Of a stretch of 64,000 bases of DNA, positions 14,320 through 27,273 are shown one piece after another. This stretch comes from the human T2T-CHM13v2.0 reference genome, Homo sapiens: the NCBI RefSeq assembly GCF_009914755.1, contig NC_060942.1; one strand, written 5' to 3'. Both the position numbers and the translations under genes were made by a program. The notes below the pieces were generated by a model. The model saw nothing but the letters and a program-made list of their open reading frames with translations, did not search any database and was not told the DNA's origin. The first letter of the stretch is position 1. Each line of letters opens with the position of its first letter.

Positions 14320-14650
14320 ATGTCAGTCATTCCAAAATCTTTCTTTCTGCTTCCACTGCTATGCACCTCACCTGAGCCACCACCTTCTCACCTGGATAGG
14401 ATCGCTGCAAAAACTCCCAACACACACACCCTGCCCCATCCTCACCCTCCGCAGTGGGGTCTCCACAAAGCAGGCTGACGGATCCTGACACTGCGTCCAG
14501 TATTTCCGTTTATTATCTATAGCCCCAACTAGAATGAAAGCCCTATGAGACCAGGATCTTTATTTCTTTGTTTTCTTTTTGTCTCCTACAATATCACAGC
14601 ACTTGGAACAGTGGCAGGCACACTGTAGACATTCAATACATATTTGTGAT
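14320..14650 (+). mobile_element. L2 fragment including the 3' end
   Basis: CACCACCTTCTCACCTGGA, CAACTAGAATGAAAGCCCTATGAGACCAGGA and GGAACAGTGGCAGGCACACTGTAGACATTCAATACATATTTGT. Confidence 0.75.
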
Positions 14651-15237
14651 GCTCAGTGGAATTTTCTACTTGCACCTGCATTCACCAGGGAAGTATAAAA
14701 ATTGGATGCTGTGTTTCACAATACTATCAAGAGCGTACACTTTGAGGGATAGGATACCTCACATCCTTGACTTTTTCTTGACCAGTGAAGAGAGGATCCT
14801 GTTTTAATGTGACTTATGGATCTATTTCATCCTACTCAGGATAGCATAGTTTTTCTTAATGAGAATAACCACCAAGAAAGCCTCTTTCTAACACTTAAAA
14901 AAAACCTCCAACTTTCCTCTCTCAGCAAACTATTCATTAAGTTTCTTCACTGGGATGTGTGTCTGTGCGTAGCAAGTAAACAAACACAAATGAATGAAGG
15001 AATGAATGAATGACCCTCCACGGGTGGTCAGGGTTGTTTTGAGGTTTAGACAATTACTAGCTACTTTGCACAAGTACTATCAAGGCTCATTCCCATTTGA
15101 AATGGCTCTCCCTAAAAAGACTTCTCAATAAAGCATTGATTTTGGAAGAATCTTTGTATCCCCGTGCTAAATAATGGTATTTGGACACTGAAATAAAGAA
15201 ACATTCATCAGCTGCCAAACGTTGACTTGCGTGGTCT

Positions 15238-15460
15238 AGCGTGGTATGCAGAGAAAGCACAACCTTAGTCTAGGAAAGCACAGTGTATGAATCATGGCTC
15301 CACCACTTTGGGAAAATTGCTGAACATTACTGAATCTCTTTCTTCACCTATGAAATAAGATCTGCCTTTCTGAGCAGTTGTGAAAATTAGAGATAACGTA
15401 CAGAGAGCACCAAACAGTGTCAGACAGAGCCAACACTGGATATGTTAGTTATTACTATTC
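15238..15460 (+). mobile_element. MIR
   Basis: TGGCTCCACCACTT, TTCTTCACCTATGAAATA, GTTGTGAAAATTAGAGATAA and a TTATTACTATT tail. Confidence 0.7.
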
Positions 15461-15527
15461 ACAAATGGTAGTTATCGTCCTCATAGGTTAGACCAAGGAC
15501 AGCTTCACCACCTTCCTTAGGAGATAC

Positions 15528-16079
15528 TGCATTCATTTTCTATTGCTGTGTGGTTCTTTTCTCCCCTTTTTGCTTAGTGGCTTAAAACAATATGTTTGTT
15601 ATCACACAGATTCTATGAGTCAGGTGTCTGGGAACAACTCCCGGGTTGCGGGTCCTCTGCTCAGGGCTACCATTAAGGTTTCAGCCAGGGCTAGAGTCTC
15701 ACCTGTGGGTCAGGTACCCCTTCCAGGCTCACGTGGTTGTTACCAAGTCATCCCCTCACAGCTGAGGAACTCATCGCGGCTCAAATCTTCAAAGCCAGGA
15801 GGAGGGAGACTGATTTCTTCCATCTCTGATCTCTAGACCTTCTTTGAAAGGGCTCGGCTGATTAGGTCAGGCTTACCCAAGATAATCTTCCTTTTAACAT
15901 AAAGTCTACCTAATTACATCTACAGAATCCCTTCACCTTTGCTATAGAAGACAACCTAGTCACAGCAGTACTATATCATCACTTTTGCAGTATTCTACTT
16001 ATGAGAAGCAAGTTACAAGCCCCACTTATACTCAAGGGTGTGGGCCATTGGGAATTGTCTTAGAAGTCTGCCTACCACA
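15528..16079 (-). mobile_element. MaLR solo LTR (MLT1D/E-like)
   Basis: TTTTCTATTGCTG, TTAGTGGCTTAAAACAA, GATTAGGTCAGGC; ends CTGCCTACCACA, the reverse complement of the TGTGGTAGGCAG LTR start. Confidence 0.85.
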
Positions 16080-16438
16080 GATATCGTTGATATCCATGGG
16101 ATCTGCTCATTGCTGGTTGACCTGCAGTGGTAATGGAGTGAAGTCAGTGAACACCACCATTAGCATATTTTCTACCCTGCTGAGAACCCAAGAAAAATAG
16201 ATATAAGGGACATGACTGTCACAGCTGGTCGGCAGAAGGGCAAGAGAGAAATCAAGACTTGTCATAAGTTGTTTTGGAATTCAGCCTTCCCCGCTTACTC
16301 AAGAGAGAAAAGAATAGGGGGCATTGTGATCATAGCTGCTGACTGTTCCAGATTCATCCAATCAACTGGCCAACAGCCCTCGCCCTCTTGGTGATGACTC
16401 AGTAGGGATACACGTAGGAAGAATTGCTGTTGAAGGAA

Positions 16439-16474
16439 TGTGTGTGCACGTGCACACACACACGCACACACACA
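16439..16474. repeat. (TG)n-CACGTG-(CA)n tract containing a 22-bp perfect palindrome
   Basis: TGTGTGTGCACGTGCACACACA (16439-16460) is self-complementary, and the whole tract alternates purine and pyrimidine. Confidence 0.9.
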
Positions 16475-17424
16475 GTCTGCCAGCCCACATGTATTCTGCT
16501 GACATTCAAGGATATCTGAGGCAGTTTTCTCAATGTGGCTTTCTAGGTTTTGGGATACACTGGAGAGGAAGAGTGTGTTTTCATGTGTGGGGGCCTGAAA
16601 CCAATCCCTCTCTGCCACTAAGACAACACAGTGTCCACAATGACTCCTTCATATGTGGTCCCAGGAGTGCCAGCTGTCCCTGGGCAGATGAGGTCATCAC
16701 CTAGTTAGGTCACAAATAGGAAGCCTTCTGGGGGACTTAGAATCTGCCATCTCAACAGCTGTGTCCAGGAATCAGGGGAGCCAGCTGGGGCTGGTGAGCC
16801 ACTCACCCTCACACAGGGTCAGGGGCTTGCTGAGGCTCTGCAGCTCTGCTGGCCGCAACAGCTTGTGTACGAGCTGTTTCTGAAAGAGGGCTTCTCTAAA
16901 ATCCCCCAAATAGGATAATGCACACCAAAGTCTCGAGGGGCACACCACCCAGCTACAGAGCAGCCAGAGCCCGGCTGTATGGGAACCGCCCCTCCATGCT
17001 CAGACCCCTATAGCCAATTAGTAAAGAACCGCGAAGCCTCTCCACCAGGCAGAAAAGTTAGGTCGACAGCTGGCGATACTGGTGCCCAATCACTTCAAAA
17101 CCACACGCTTGCTTTAATTTTCCTTTCACTGAGTTCAGTTACTACTTTTCCTTCACTTTCTTTCTTTACTCTTGTCATATCTCCTGCTGTCTCTTCTTTT
17201 TTCATGGTTTCCCTTTGATTTGTGCTTTTTTTCTGTTTATTAATTACACTTTGCTCTCTGCAGCCTTTTTCCCTCCTTTGCCCTTTTCCTACTGCCAGTT
17301 TATTTCTCTCTACCACTATTTGACCCTCTTTGACTTGAACTTTCTACCTACCCTAGCTGAAGGCAAGATGCCCAGCTTGAATTCTCTTCAAACCTTTGCT
17401 ATGAATGATCATCTAACCATCATA

Positions 17425-17466
17425 TGAATGTTTTCACCAGAACTTTGAATGTTTTCACCAGAACTT
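17425..17466. repeat. Perfect 21-bp tandem duplication
   Basis: TGAATGTTTTCACCAGAACTT occurs twice in tandem. Confidence 0.95.
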
Positions 17467-17668
17467 CTTTTTAAAGTCAATGAACAGATTAGATATAACA
17501 CTCTGCCCTTATCTAAGAAATAGCTCCCTTTGGGTCTGGCAAATTCTTATTGAATAAGTTCTATTCTTATTGACTAGCATATTAGGTAAATTGTATCAAC
17601 AAAACCAAAGAATGCAAGGTCCAAATGGAAACATCTGTGAAGAAAATGAAATCTCTTTCAAATGAGGC

Positions 17669-18735
<1,067 letters not shown>

Positions 18736-19603
18736 CCACAATTCTTGAATAGTAGTCTAACCCTGTTCCTTGGATGGCCTTGATCACTCTAGTGAGGTTG
18801 ATTTACAAAAATCTGCATATGTCGCCAATTCTTTCCTCTCTTCTTAGGGTCTGGGGAATCTCAGGAAAATCTTCAGTTTATCTCGAAATATGAAAAACAC
18901 TTGTTTCCTCTCAGGCACTGATTAGAAAGTCATGGTGATCAGGGCTGAGGAGTAGCGGTGTTGGGAGGGGAGGGGCTGTGTCTTTCAAAGGCTTTCTCCT
19001 GTGCAGCCTGGGCTGATAGCTTCCACACTCTCAGATGTAAAGGAAACTGTAAACTCTCCTGCACCTGGTCTCCTACATGGAGGCCTCAAACATTTCTCAA
19101 ATGCCTGCCGACAAAACAGTGATACCCTTAATAGTAATTAATATGTGTAGTAGTCTGTATGCCAATATGTAAAAGACTGTCTCCTTTCTTAGACACAGGC
19201 AGTATAAGCCAAAGCAAAGTAGATGAGCAAAGCCACGTACCCACCATCCAGATATTAGCAACTGGCTGTTTCACCCACGCATTTGCTAAAACCCAGGATT
19301 CACTTGAAAACAGTGGCCAGTGACATTGTCTGTAACTGTGTATATTTTAGTTTTACAGTTACAAGGAAGCTTATTTCATTAAACAGCTCTTTGCTAGGGA
19401 TGGTGTGAACACATGCCTGGAAACATAAAAATTCCAGTCCTAAAACAAAGAGTTCTTACTTTAAAAGTAAGGTCAGGCCATTTTAGGTACATTGTTGTTT
19501 TCATCCAGACTTGTTCCTAGAAGCCATTAATTTAAAAAAACCACAAGTCTATATTTCATTTGAGCCTGTTGATGCCATATGTTTCAAGCTGAAGCTTCAA
19601 AAC

Positions 19604-19862
19604 CAGTGCTATCTAATAGAAACACGATGCGAGCCAATTATGCACATCAGAAACAAAAAAGAAACAGCTGAAATTAATGTTATTTAATCTAATATATCCA
19701 AATAGTATTATTTAACATGTTATCAATATTTTAAAGTTAATGCATTTTTTGCATTCTTCTTCTTGTGCCAAGTCAGAAATCTGGTATATATTTTTTACTT
19801 AAATAGTGTATCTCTATTTGGATGAACCACGTTGCAAGTACTCAATACACTGGAAAGCACAG
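19604..19862 (+). mobile_element. MER33 (hAT-Charlie non-autonomous DNA transposon)
   Basis: Start CAGTGCTATCTAATAGAAA..ATGCGAGCCA, internal AAAGAAACAGCTGAAATTAAT and GAAATCTGGTATATATTTT, end TGGAAAGCACAG. Confidence 0.8.
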
Positions 19863-19914
19863 CCCTAAATGAATGAAAGCTGCCATGAGGATTGGAATGT
19901 CAGTTGGATGATGA

Positions 19915-20155
19915 TGATGTAATAGAAATTGTCTCAGCTTTCGTCCATGCAGACCTATTTTCAAATCCTGGCTCCACTACTCGCTGGCTGTGTGACCTTG
20001 CACAAATCACTTAGCATCTCTGAACGTTAATCTCCTCATCATTGAAGCAGGCATATTAATCCCTGCATTTCAAAAGAGTATTCTGTTACATTAAACATAG
20101 GCATATGTTGGTTGGTTAGGTACAATAACTAGCACATAGTGAAAACTCAATTCCA
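19915..20155 (+). mobile_element. MIR (its tail continues after the AluY)
   Basis: TTCAAATCCTGGCTCCACTACTCGCTGGCTGTGTGACCTTGCACAAATCACTTA. Confidence 0.85.
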
Positions 20156-20434
20156 GGCCGGGCGTGGTGGCTCACGCCTGTAATCCCAGCACTTTGGGAG
20201 GCCGAGGTGAGCAGATCACGAGGTCAGGAGATCGAGACCATCCTGGCTAACATGGTAAAATGTCTCTCCTAAAAATACAAAAAATTAGCCGGGCATGGTG
20301 GCAGGCGCCTGTAGTCCCAGCTACTCGGGAGACTGAGGCGGAGCTTGCAGTGAGCCCAGATCCATGCCACTGCACTCCAGCCTGGGTGACAGAGCAAGAC
20401 TCTGTCTCAAAAAAAAAAAGAAAAAAAAAAACAA
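20156..20434 (+). mobile_element. AluY-like element with an internal deletion of about 26 bp
   Basis: Y diagnostics GAGATCGAGACCATCCTGGCTAAC and GCGGAGCTTGCAGTGAGC. TSD AAAACTCAATTCCA at 20142-20155 and 20435-20448. Confidence 0.93.
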
Positions 20435-21644
20435 AAAACTCAATTCCAGGCATTTAGCATTATTAGTATCAATCATGGGTTATCATGTATAACAACAGTG
20501 CAGAATATGTTTACATTTTTAATATCTGGAGAAAATATTCTTTTCTAATTTTATCTAAAGAGTATTCATATCAAATCCGCACTTCTTGGTAGTGGTTGCA
20601 CGTGGTTTTGTTGTTAAAATAGTAAACCTTGTAAGGTAACATTGATGAAGATAGGACTCCAAGATTTTAAACCCTTAAGGAACAGAGACTATAAAGAGCT
20701 ACTATTTTTAAATGGCAAAAACCTTGATGCTGCTCAGCGTACACTGTGATTGCTGCCCTACCTATGGGGTGATCTAAAACTAATGTTAGACAATTATCTT
20801 CTAGGGCCAGAGGGAAAGACCTCACCCCTGTGGGTAGTGATGAGATTTCCCTGAGGAAAGCAGACATTACCAGTGTATGGTTTTACATAACGGTAGACCC
20901 TGGGACAGTAGATGAAAGCTCAGTTGGTGGCACTTAGGGAGGTCACTTTGGGAGAGACACTGTCCCTTTCTTTCTTGGAGATCGTGGTAAGTTAGACACT
21001 TGGACTCCAGAAAGGAGAGATAGAAAAATCGCTCCCAATGGGACATGGCTCAAGGCCAGGGACAGACAGGTCCCCAGTGAGGACAGCATATCGAGTGACT
21101 TAGACCTATGCCTCCTAGGAGGAGTCTTACCTAGTATCAGTTTTAAATTTCTTTGCATTGTAATTTCCTTTGAATATCCCCAAGCCTTCAGTAAAATCTT
21201 GTTAAATATTACACTATGGTCTCAGCAGTCATGGGGGGATATTAAAAAGAAGGATTGGACCCATTCATTTCTAACACAGGTCTGTAGCAGGGAGTGAGGA
21301 GCAGCCCCAGAGGAAAAGAGGGAGCCTGGCATGAGGGGAGGCAACCTGCACGGGGCATTACCTACAAAGACAACCGGGCTGGGGCAGTGAGCAGCAGGCT
21401 GCAGCTCAGGGGCTGGCCGAGGAGGCGGACTGTGGGGGATGCACCAGCAATGACAGGTGAGGGAGAATGTTAGTGTCCCCACAGAGTCCCAAAAATGAAA
21501 GAGGGGATTAGCCCATTAAAGAAACTGAATTCCAAAAGGGTGAGTGCTCAATTATCGTAATGTAGACATTGAAAAGAATTGTGGCCACATTTTGTATCTC
21601 AGTCTGTGGGAGGCCTGAACATCCTTGCTACATAGCGGGGAAAT

Positions 21645-21795
21645 ATTAACTTCTCTAGCCATTTGCTCACAGTAGTATATTCTTGGACAAATTGTCTAAC
21701 TTCTGAGACCTTCTATTTGCTCATCCCCAGAATGAGGGAATTGAACAAGGTGGTTTTATGGTTTTTTCCAGAGATATAATCTTTTAGGTCATGAT
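21645..21795 (+). mobile_element. MIR/MIR3 relic
   Basis: TTGGACAAATTGTCTAACTTCTGAGACCTTCTATTTGCTCATC..AGAATGAGGG. Confidence 0.55.
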
Positions 21796-22094
21796 TTTGA
21801 ATACCAGCTACCTAATGCATTGGGTGGATAGATGCTAGATTTGAAGATAGCCTTGTCATTCAAGTTTAGAAAGCACTTCAATAACCTGAGTCTACACATG
21901 CGGCAGAAATCTCCAATTTGTACATTTGAATCAATTCAAGTATGAGCAAGTCTAATATATCCAGTGAAGATTTATAAAATGAATAAAACTGCTAAAAAAT
22001 GAATGGAGGTTAGGACATTCTCATTTTACTTTATTAGAACATTAAGATCTCACATTTTATTATGCCTAATTTAGAATTAATTCACATCTGTGTT

Positions 22095-22147
22095 TCTATG
22101 AGTAAGCACGTAGTAGGTGCCTAATAAATGTGAGTTGGCTAAATGAC
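22095..22147 (+). mobile_element. L2 tail
   Basis: GCACGTAGTAGGTGCCTAATAAATGTGAGTTGGCTAAATGA. Confidence 0.6.
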
Positions 22148-22206
22148 TGTAAAATACTCCCAGACAAGTTCGGTTTGACTCTTAATGCTATTTAAATTAT
22201 TTCATA

Positions 22207-24591
22207 GGGAGGGGCCCACATGGCCAACTGAAAACAGCTGCGGTCGGAGGCTCCCATGGAGAAGAACAAAAACAGCAAGTGAATCCTGCATTCACAACTC
22301 AGGTGCCAGGCAGACTAAACGGTTTAGACACAGGAGGCATTCCCCACAGCGCAGCTCAGTGGCTGTGGCAGATCATGGCCAGACTGCCTCTTTAGGCTGG
22401 ACCCTGACCCATCCCCCCTCACCAGGTGGGGCCTCCCTGCAAGAACTTCAGCAACTGCAGCCAGGGGTTTAGGGGCAGAACTCTCATCTCCCTGGGACTG
22501 AGCCCCTTTGGGGAGGGGCAGCTGCAGTCTCCGTTGATCAGCAGATTTAGTGTTTCCCCTGCTGGCTCGGAGGAATCCCAGCAGTCCGGACAAGTGCACC
22601 TCCTCTAAGACCCCAGCAGAGTGCACCCTCTCTGCCAAGAGGCAGCCAGAGTACTTTGTTAAGCAGGTTCCAGATCCCATGTCTCCTGACAGAGTGAGAC
22701 TCTTCAACAGGGGTCACCAGACACCTTATACAGGAGCATTCCAGCTGTCATCAGGTCAGTGCCCCTCTGGGATAGACATCCCAGAGGAACGAGCAGGCAA
22801 CCATCTTTGCTGTTCTGCAGCATACACTGGTAACACCTCCAGGGGTGGAAGGGACCCAGGTGAATAGGCTCTGGAGTGGATCCCCAGCAAACCGCAGCAA
22901 CCCTGCAGAAGAGGGGCCTGACTGTTAAAAGAAAAACAAGCAGAAAGCAACAGCATCAACAAAAAAAAGTCCTCACAAAAATCCCATCCAAAGGTCAGCA
23001 GCCTCAAAGACCAAAGCTAGAAAAACTCACAAAGAGGAGAGAGAATCAATGATAAACCACTGAAAACTGCAAAAGCCAGACTGCCTCTTCTCCTCCAAAT
23101 GATCGCAACACCTCTCCAGCAAGGGCACAGAACTGGGAGGAGGCTGAGATGGATGAACTGACAGAAGTAGGCTTCAGAAGGTAGGTAATAACAAATTTCG
23201 CTGAGCTATAGGAACATGTTCTAACCCAATGCAAAGAAGCTAAAGACCATGATAATACATTACAGGAGCTGTTACCCAGAATAATCACTTTAGAGAGGAA
23301 TACTGAAAAATGCAACATGAGAACTTCACAATGCAACCACAAGTATCAATAACTGAATAGACCAAACAAAGGAAAGAATTTCAGAGCTTGAAGACTTTCT
23401 TGCTGAAATAAGACAGGAAGACAAGATTGGAGAAAAAAGAATGAAAAGGAATGAACAAAACCTTCGAGAACAATGGGATTATTTAAAAAGACCAAATCTA
23501 TGACTTGTTGGGGTACCTGAAAGAGAAGGGGAGAATGAAACAAGTTGGAAAGCATACTTCAGGGTATCCCCCAGGAGAACTTCCCCAACCTAACAAGACA
23601 GGCCAACATTTAAATTCAGGAAATCCAGAAAACCCCAGTAAGATACTCCATGAGAAGATCAACCCCAAGACACATAATCGTCAAATTCTCCAAGGTCAAA
23701 ATGAAGGAAAAAAATGGACCCGATAGATATCTACAAAACTCTCCCCCAAAAAACAACAGAATATACATTCTTACCAGTGCCACATGGCACTTACTCTAAA
23801 ATCAATCACATAACTGGAAGCAAAACACTCCTCAGAAAATGCCAAAGAACTGAAATCATAACAAACTGTCTCTCAGACTACAGCACAATCAAATTAGAAC
23901 GCAAGATTAAGAAGCTCACTCAAAACCACACAACTACCTGGAAATTGAACAACCTGCTTCTGAATGACTCCTGGGTAAATAATGAAATTAAGGCAGAAAT
24001 CAAGAAGTTCCTTGAAACCAATGAGAACAAAGGGACAACATACCAGAATCTCTGAGACACAGCTAAAGCGATGTTAAGAGCAAAATTTATAGCACTAAAT
24101 GCCCACATCAGAAAGCTAGAAAGACCTCAAATGGACACCCTAACATCACAACTAAAAGAACTAGAGAACCAAGAGCAAAAAAACCCCAAAGCTAGCAGAA
24201 GACAAGAAATAACCAAGATCAGAGTGGAACTGAAGGAGATAGAGACACAAAAAAAACCCTTCCAAAAAATCAATGAATCCAGAATCTGTTTTTTTGAAAA
24301 AAATTTAAAACATAGACTGCTAGCTAGAATAATAAAGAAGAAAAGAGAGAAGAATCACATAGACACAATAAAAAATGATAAAGGGGATATCACCACTGAC
24401 CCCACAGAAATACAACCAACCATCAGACAATATTATAAACACCTCTATGCAAATAAACTAGAAAATCTAGAAGAAATGTATAAATTCTTGGACACATACA
24501 CACTACCAAGACTGAACCAGGAAGAAGTTGAATCCCTGAATAAACCAATAACAAGTTCTGAAATTGAGGCAGTAATAAATAGCCTACGAAC

Positions 24592-24625
<34 letters not shown>

Positions 24626-27273
24626 CCCAGGGCCAGACAGATTTATAGCTGAATTCTACCAGAGGTACAAAGTGTAGCTGGTACCATTTCTTCTGAAACT
24701 ATATCAAACAATTGAAAAGGAGGGACTCCTCCCTAACTCATTTTATGGGGACAGCATCATCCTGATACCAAAATCTGGCAGAGATACAACAAAAAAAAAC
24801 TTCAGGCCAATATCCCTGCTGAACATGCAAAAATCCCCAATAAAATGCTGACATATTGAAGTCAGCAGCACATCAAAAAGCTAATCCACCATGATCAAGT
24901 TGGCTCCATTCCTGGGATGCAAGGCTGGCTCAACATATGCAAATCAATAAATATAATCCATCACGTAAACAGAACCAATGACAAAAACCACATGATCATC
25001 TCAATAGATGCAGGAAAGGCCTTCAATAAAATTCAACATCCCTTCATGTTAAAAACTCTCAATAAACTAGGTATTGATGGAATATATCTCAAAATAATAA
25101 GAGCCATTCATGACAAATTCACAGCTAATATCATACTGAATGGGCAAAAGCTGGAAGCATTCCTTTTGAAAACCAGCAGAAGACAAGGATGCCCTCTCTC
25201 AACACTCCTATTTAACATAATATTGGAATTTCTAGCCAGGGCAATCAGGCAAGAGAAAGAAATAATGGGTATTCAAATAGGAAGAAAGGAAGTCAAACTC
25301 TCTCTGTTTGCAGATGACATGATCCTATATCTAGAAAACCCCATCATCTCAGCCCCAAAGCTTCATAAGCTGATAAGCAACTTCAGCAAAGTCTCAGGAA
25401 ACAAAAATCGATATGCAAAAATCACAAGCATTCCTATACACCAACAATATACTAGCAGAGAGCCAACTCATGAATAAACTCCCATTTGCAATAGCTACAA
25501 AGAGAATAAAATACCTGGGAATCCAGCTAACAAGAGATATGAAGGACCCCTTCAAGGAGAACTACAAATCACTGCTCAAAGAAATCAGAGAGAACACAAA
25601 CAAATGGAAAAATTTTCCATGCTCATGGATAGGAAGAATCAACATCATGAAAATGGCCATACCACCCAAAGTAATTTATAGATTCAATGCTATTCCCATT
25701 AAACTACCACAGACATTCTTCACAGAATTGGAAAAAACTACTTTAAAATTAATGTGGAACCAAAAAAGGGCAGATGTAGCCAAGACAATCCTAAGCAAAA
25801 ATGACAAAGCTGGAGGTATCATGCTACCTGACTTCAAACTATACTGCAAGGCTATAGTTATCAAAACAGCATGGTACTGGTACAAAAACAGACACATAGA
25901 CCAATGTAACAGAATAGAGATCTCAGAAATAAGACCACACATCTACAACCATCTGATCTTTGACAAACCTGACAAAAATAAGCAATGGGGAAATAACTCC
26001 CTATTTAATAAGTGGTGCTGGGAAAACTGGCTAGTCATATGCAGAAAACTAAAACTGGCCCCCTCCCTACACATTATACAAAAATTAACCCAAGATAGAT
26101 TAAAGACTTAAATGTAAAACCCAAAACCATAAAAACACTAGAACAGAATCTAGGCAATATCATTCAGGACATAGGCACAAGCAAAGATTTCGTGACAAAG
26201 ACATCAAAAGTAATTGCAACAAAAGCAAAAATTGACAAATGGGATCTAATTAAACTGAAGAGTTTCTGCACAGCAAAAGAAACTATCATCAGAGTGAACA
26301 GACAACCTACAAAATGGGAGAAAATTTTTGCAATCTACCCATCTGACAAAGGTCTAATATTCAGAATCTACAAGGAACTTAAACAAATTTACAAGAAAAA
26401 AAAAACCCCATTAAAAAGTCAAAAACTTAACAGACACTCCTCAAAAGAAGACATTTATGCAGCCAACAAACATATGAAAAAAAGCTCAACATCACTGAAT
26501 ATTAGAGAAATGCAAATCAAAACCACAATGAGATACCATCTCACACCAGTCAGAATGGTGATCATTAAAAAGTCAAGAAACAACAGATTCTGGCAAGGCT
26601 GTGGAGAAACAGGAATGCTTTTACACTGGTTGGTGGGAATTTAAATTGGCTCAACCATCATGGAAGACAGTGTGGTGAGTCCCCAAAGATTTAGAATCAG
26701 AAATACCATTTGACCCAGCAGTCCCATTACTGGGTATATACCCAAAAGAATATAAATCATTCTGTCATAAAGATACATGAACACGTATATTCATTACAGC
26801 ACTATTCACAATAGCCAAGACATGGCTATTTGATGAGCCCAAATGCTCATCAATGATATACTGGATAAGAAAATATGGTACATATACACCATGGAATACA
26901 ATGCAGCCATAAAAAGGAATGAGATCATGTCTTTTGCAGGGACATAGTTGGAGCTAGAAGCCATTATCCTCAGCAAACTAACACAGGAACAGAAAACCAA
27001 ACACCACATGTTCTTACTTATAAGTGGGAGCTAAAAGATGAGAACACATGAACACAGGGAGGGGAACAACACACACTGGGGCCTGTTGGTGGGTTGTGGG
27101 GAGGGAGAGCATCAGCATAAATAGCTAATGCATGTGGGGCTTAATACCTAGGTGATGGGTTGATAGGTGCAGCAAACCACCACGGCACGTGTTTACCTAT
27201 GTAACAAACCTGCATGTCCTGCGCTTGTATCCTGGAACTTAAAATACAATACAATAAAATTTTTTTAAAAAAA
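22207..27273 (+). mobile_element. L1PA10/11-like LINE-1 retaining its 5' end, with two internal deletions; inactive
   Basis: 5'UTR start (GGGAGGGGCCCACATGGCCAACTGAAAACAGCTGCGGTCGGAGGCTCCC), ORF1 remnant at about 23030-23713, broken ORF2 at 23714-27030 with RT motif LFADDMILY, and an L1PA10/11-type 3'UTR (GGAGGGAGAGCATCAG, GGCTTAATACCTAGGTGATGGGTTG). Confidence 0.92.
24593..24624 (+). repeat. Poly(A) expansion (about 32 A) inside L1 ORF2
   Basis: Long A run at a site where L1 normally has a short AAAAAAAG. Confidence 0.9.

Noticed and set aside
16375-16395. CTCF-like motif (reverse TCACCAAGAGGGCG)
   Set aside because: It has several mismatches in the 5' half of the core.
23714-26644. Chain of 113-232 aa ORFs with EN/RT motifs, and the equivalents at 52900-56225 and 31151-31612
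   Set aside because: These are frameshifted fragments of L1 ORF2 from dead elements, not a new RT system.
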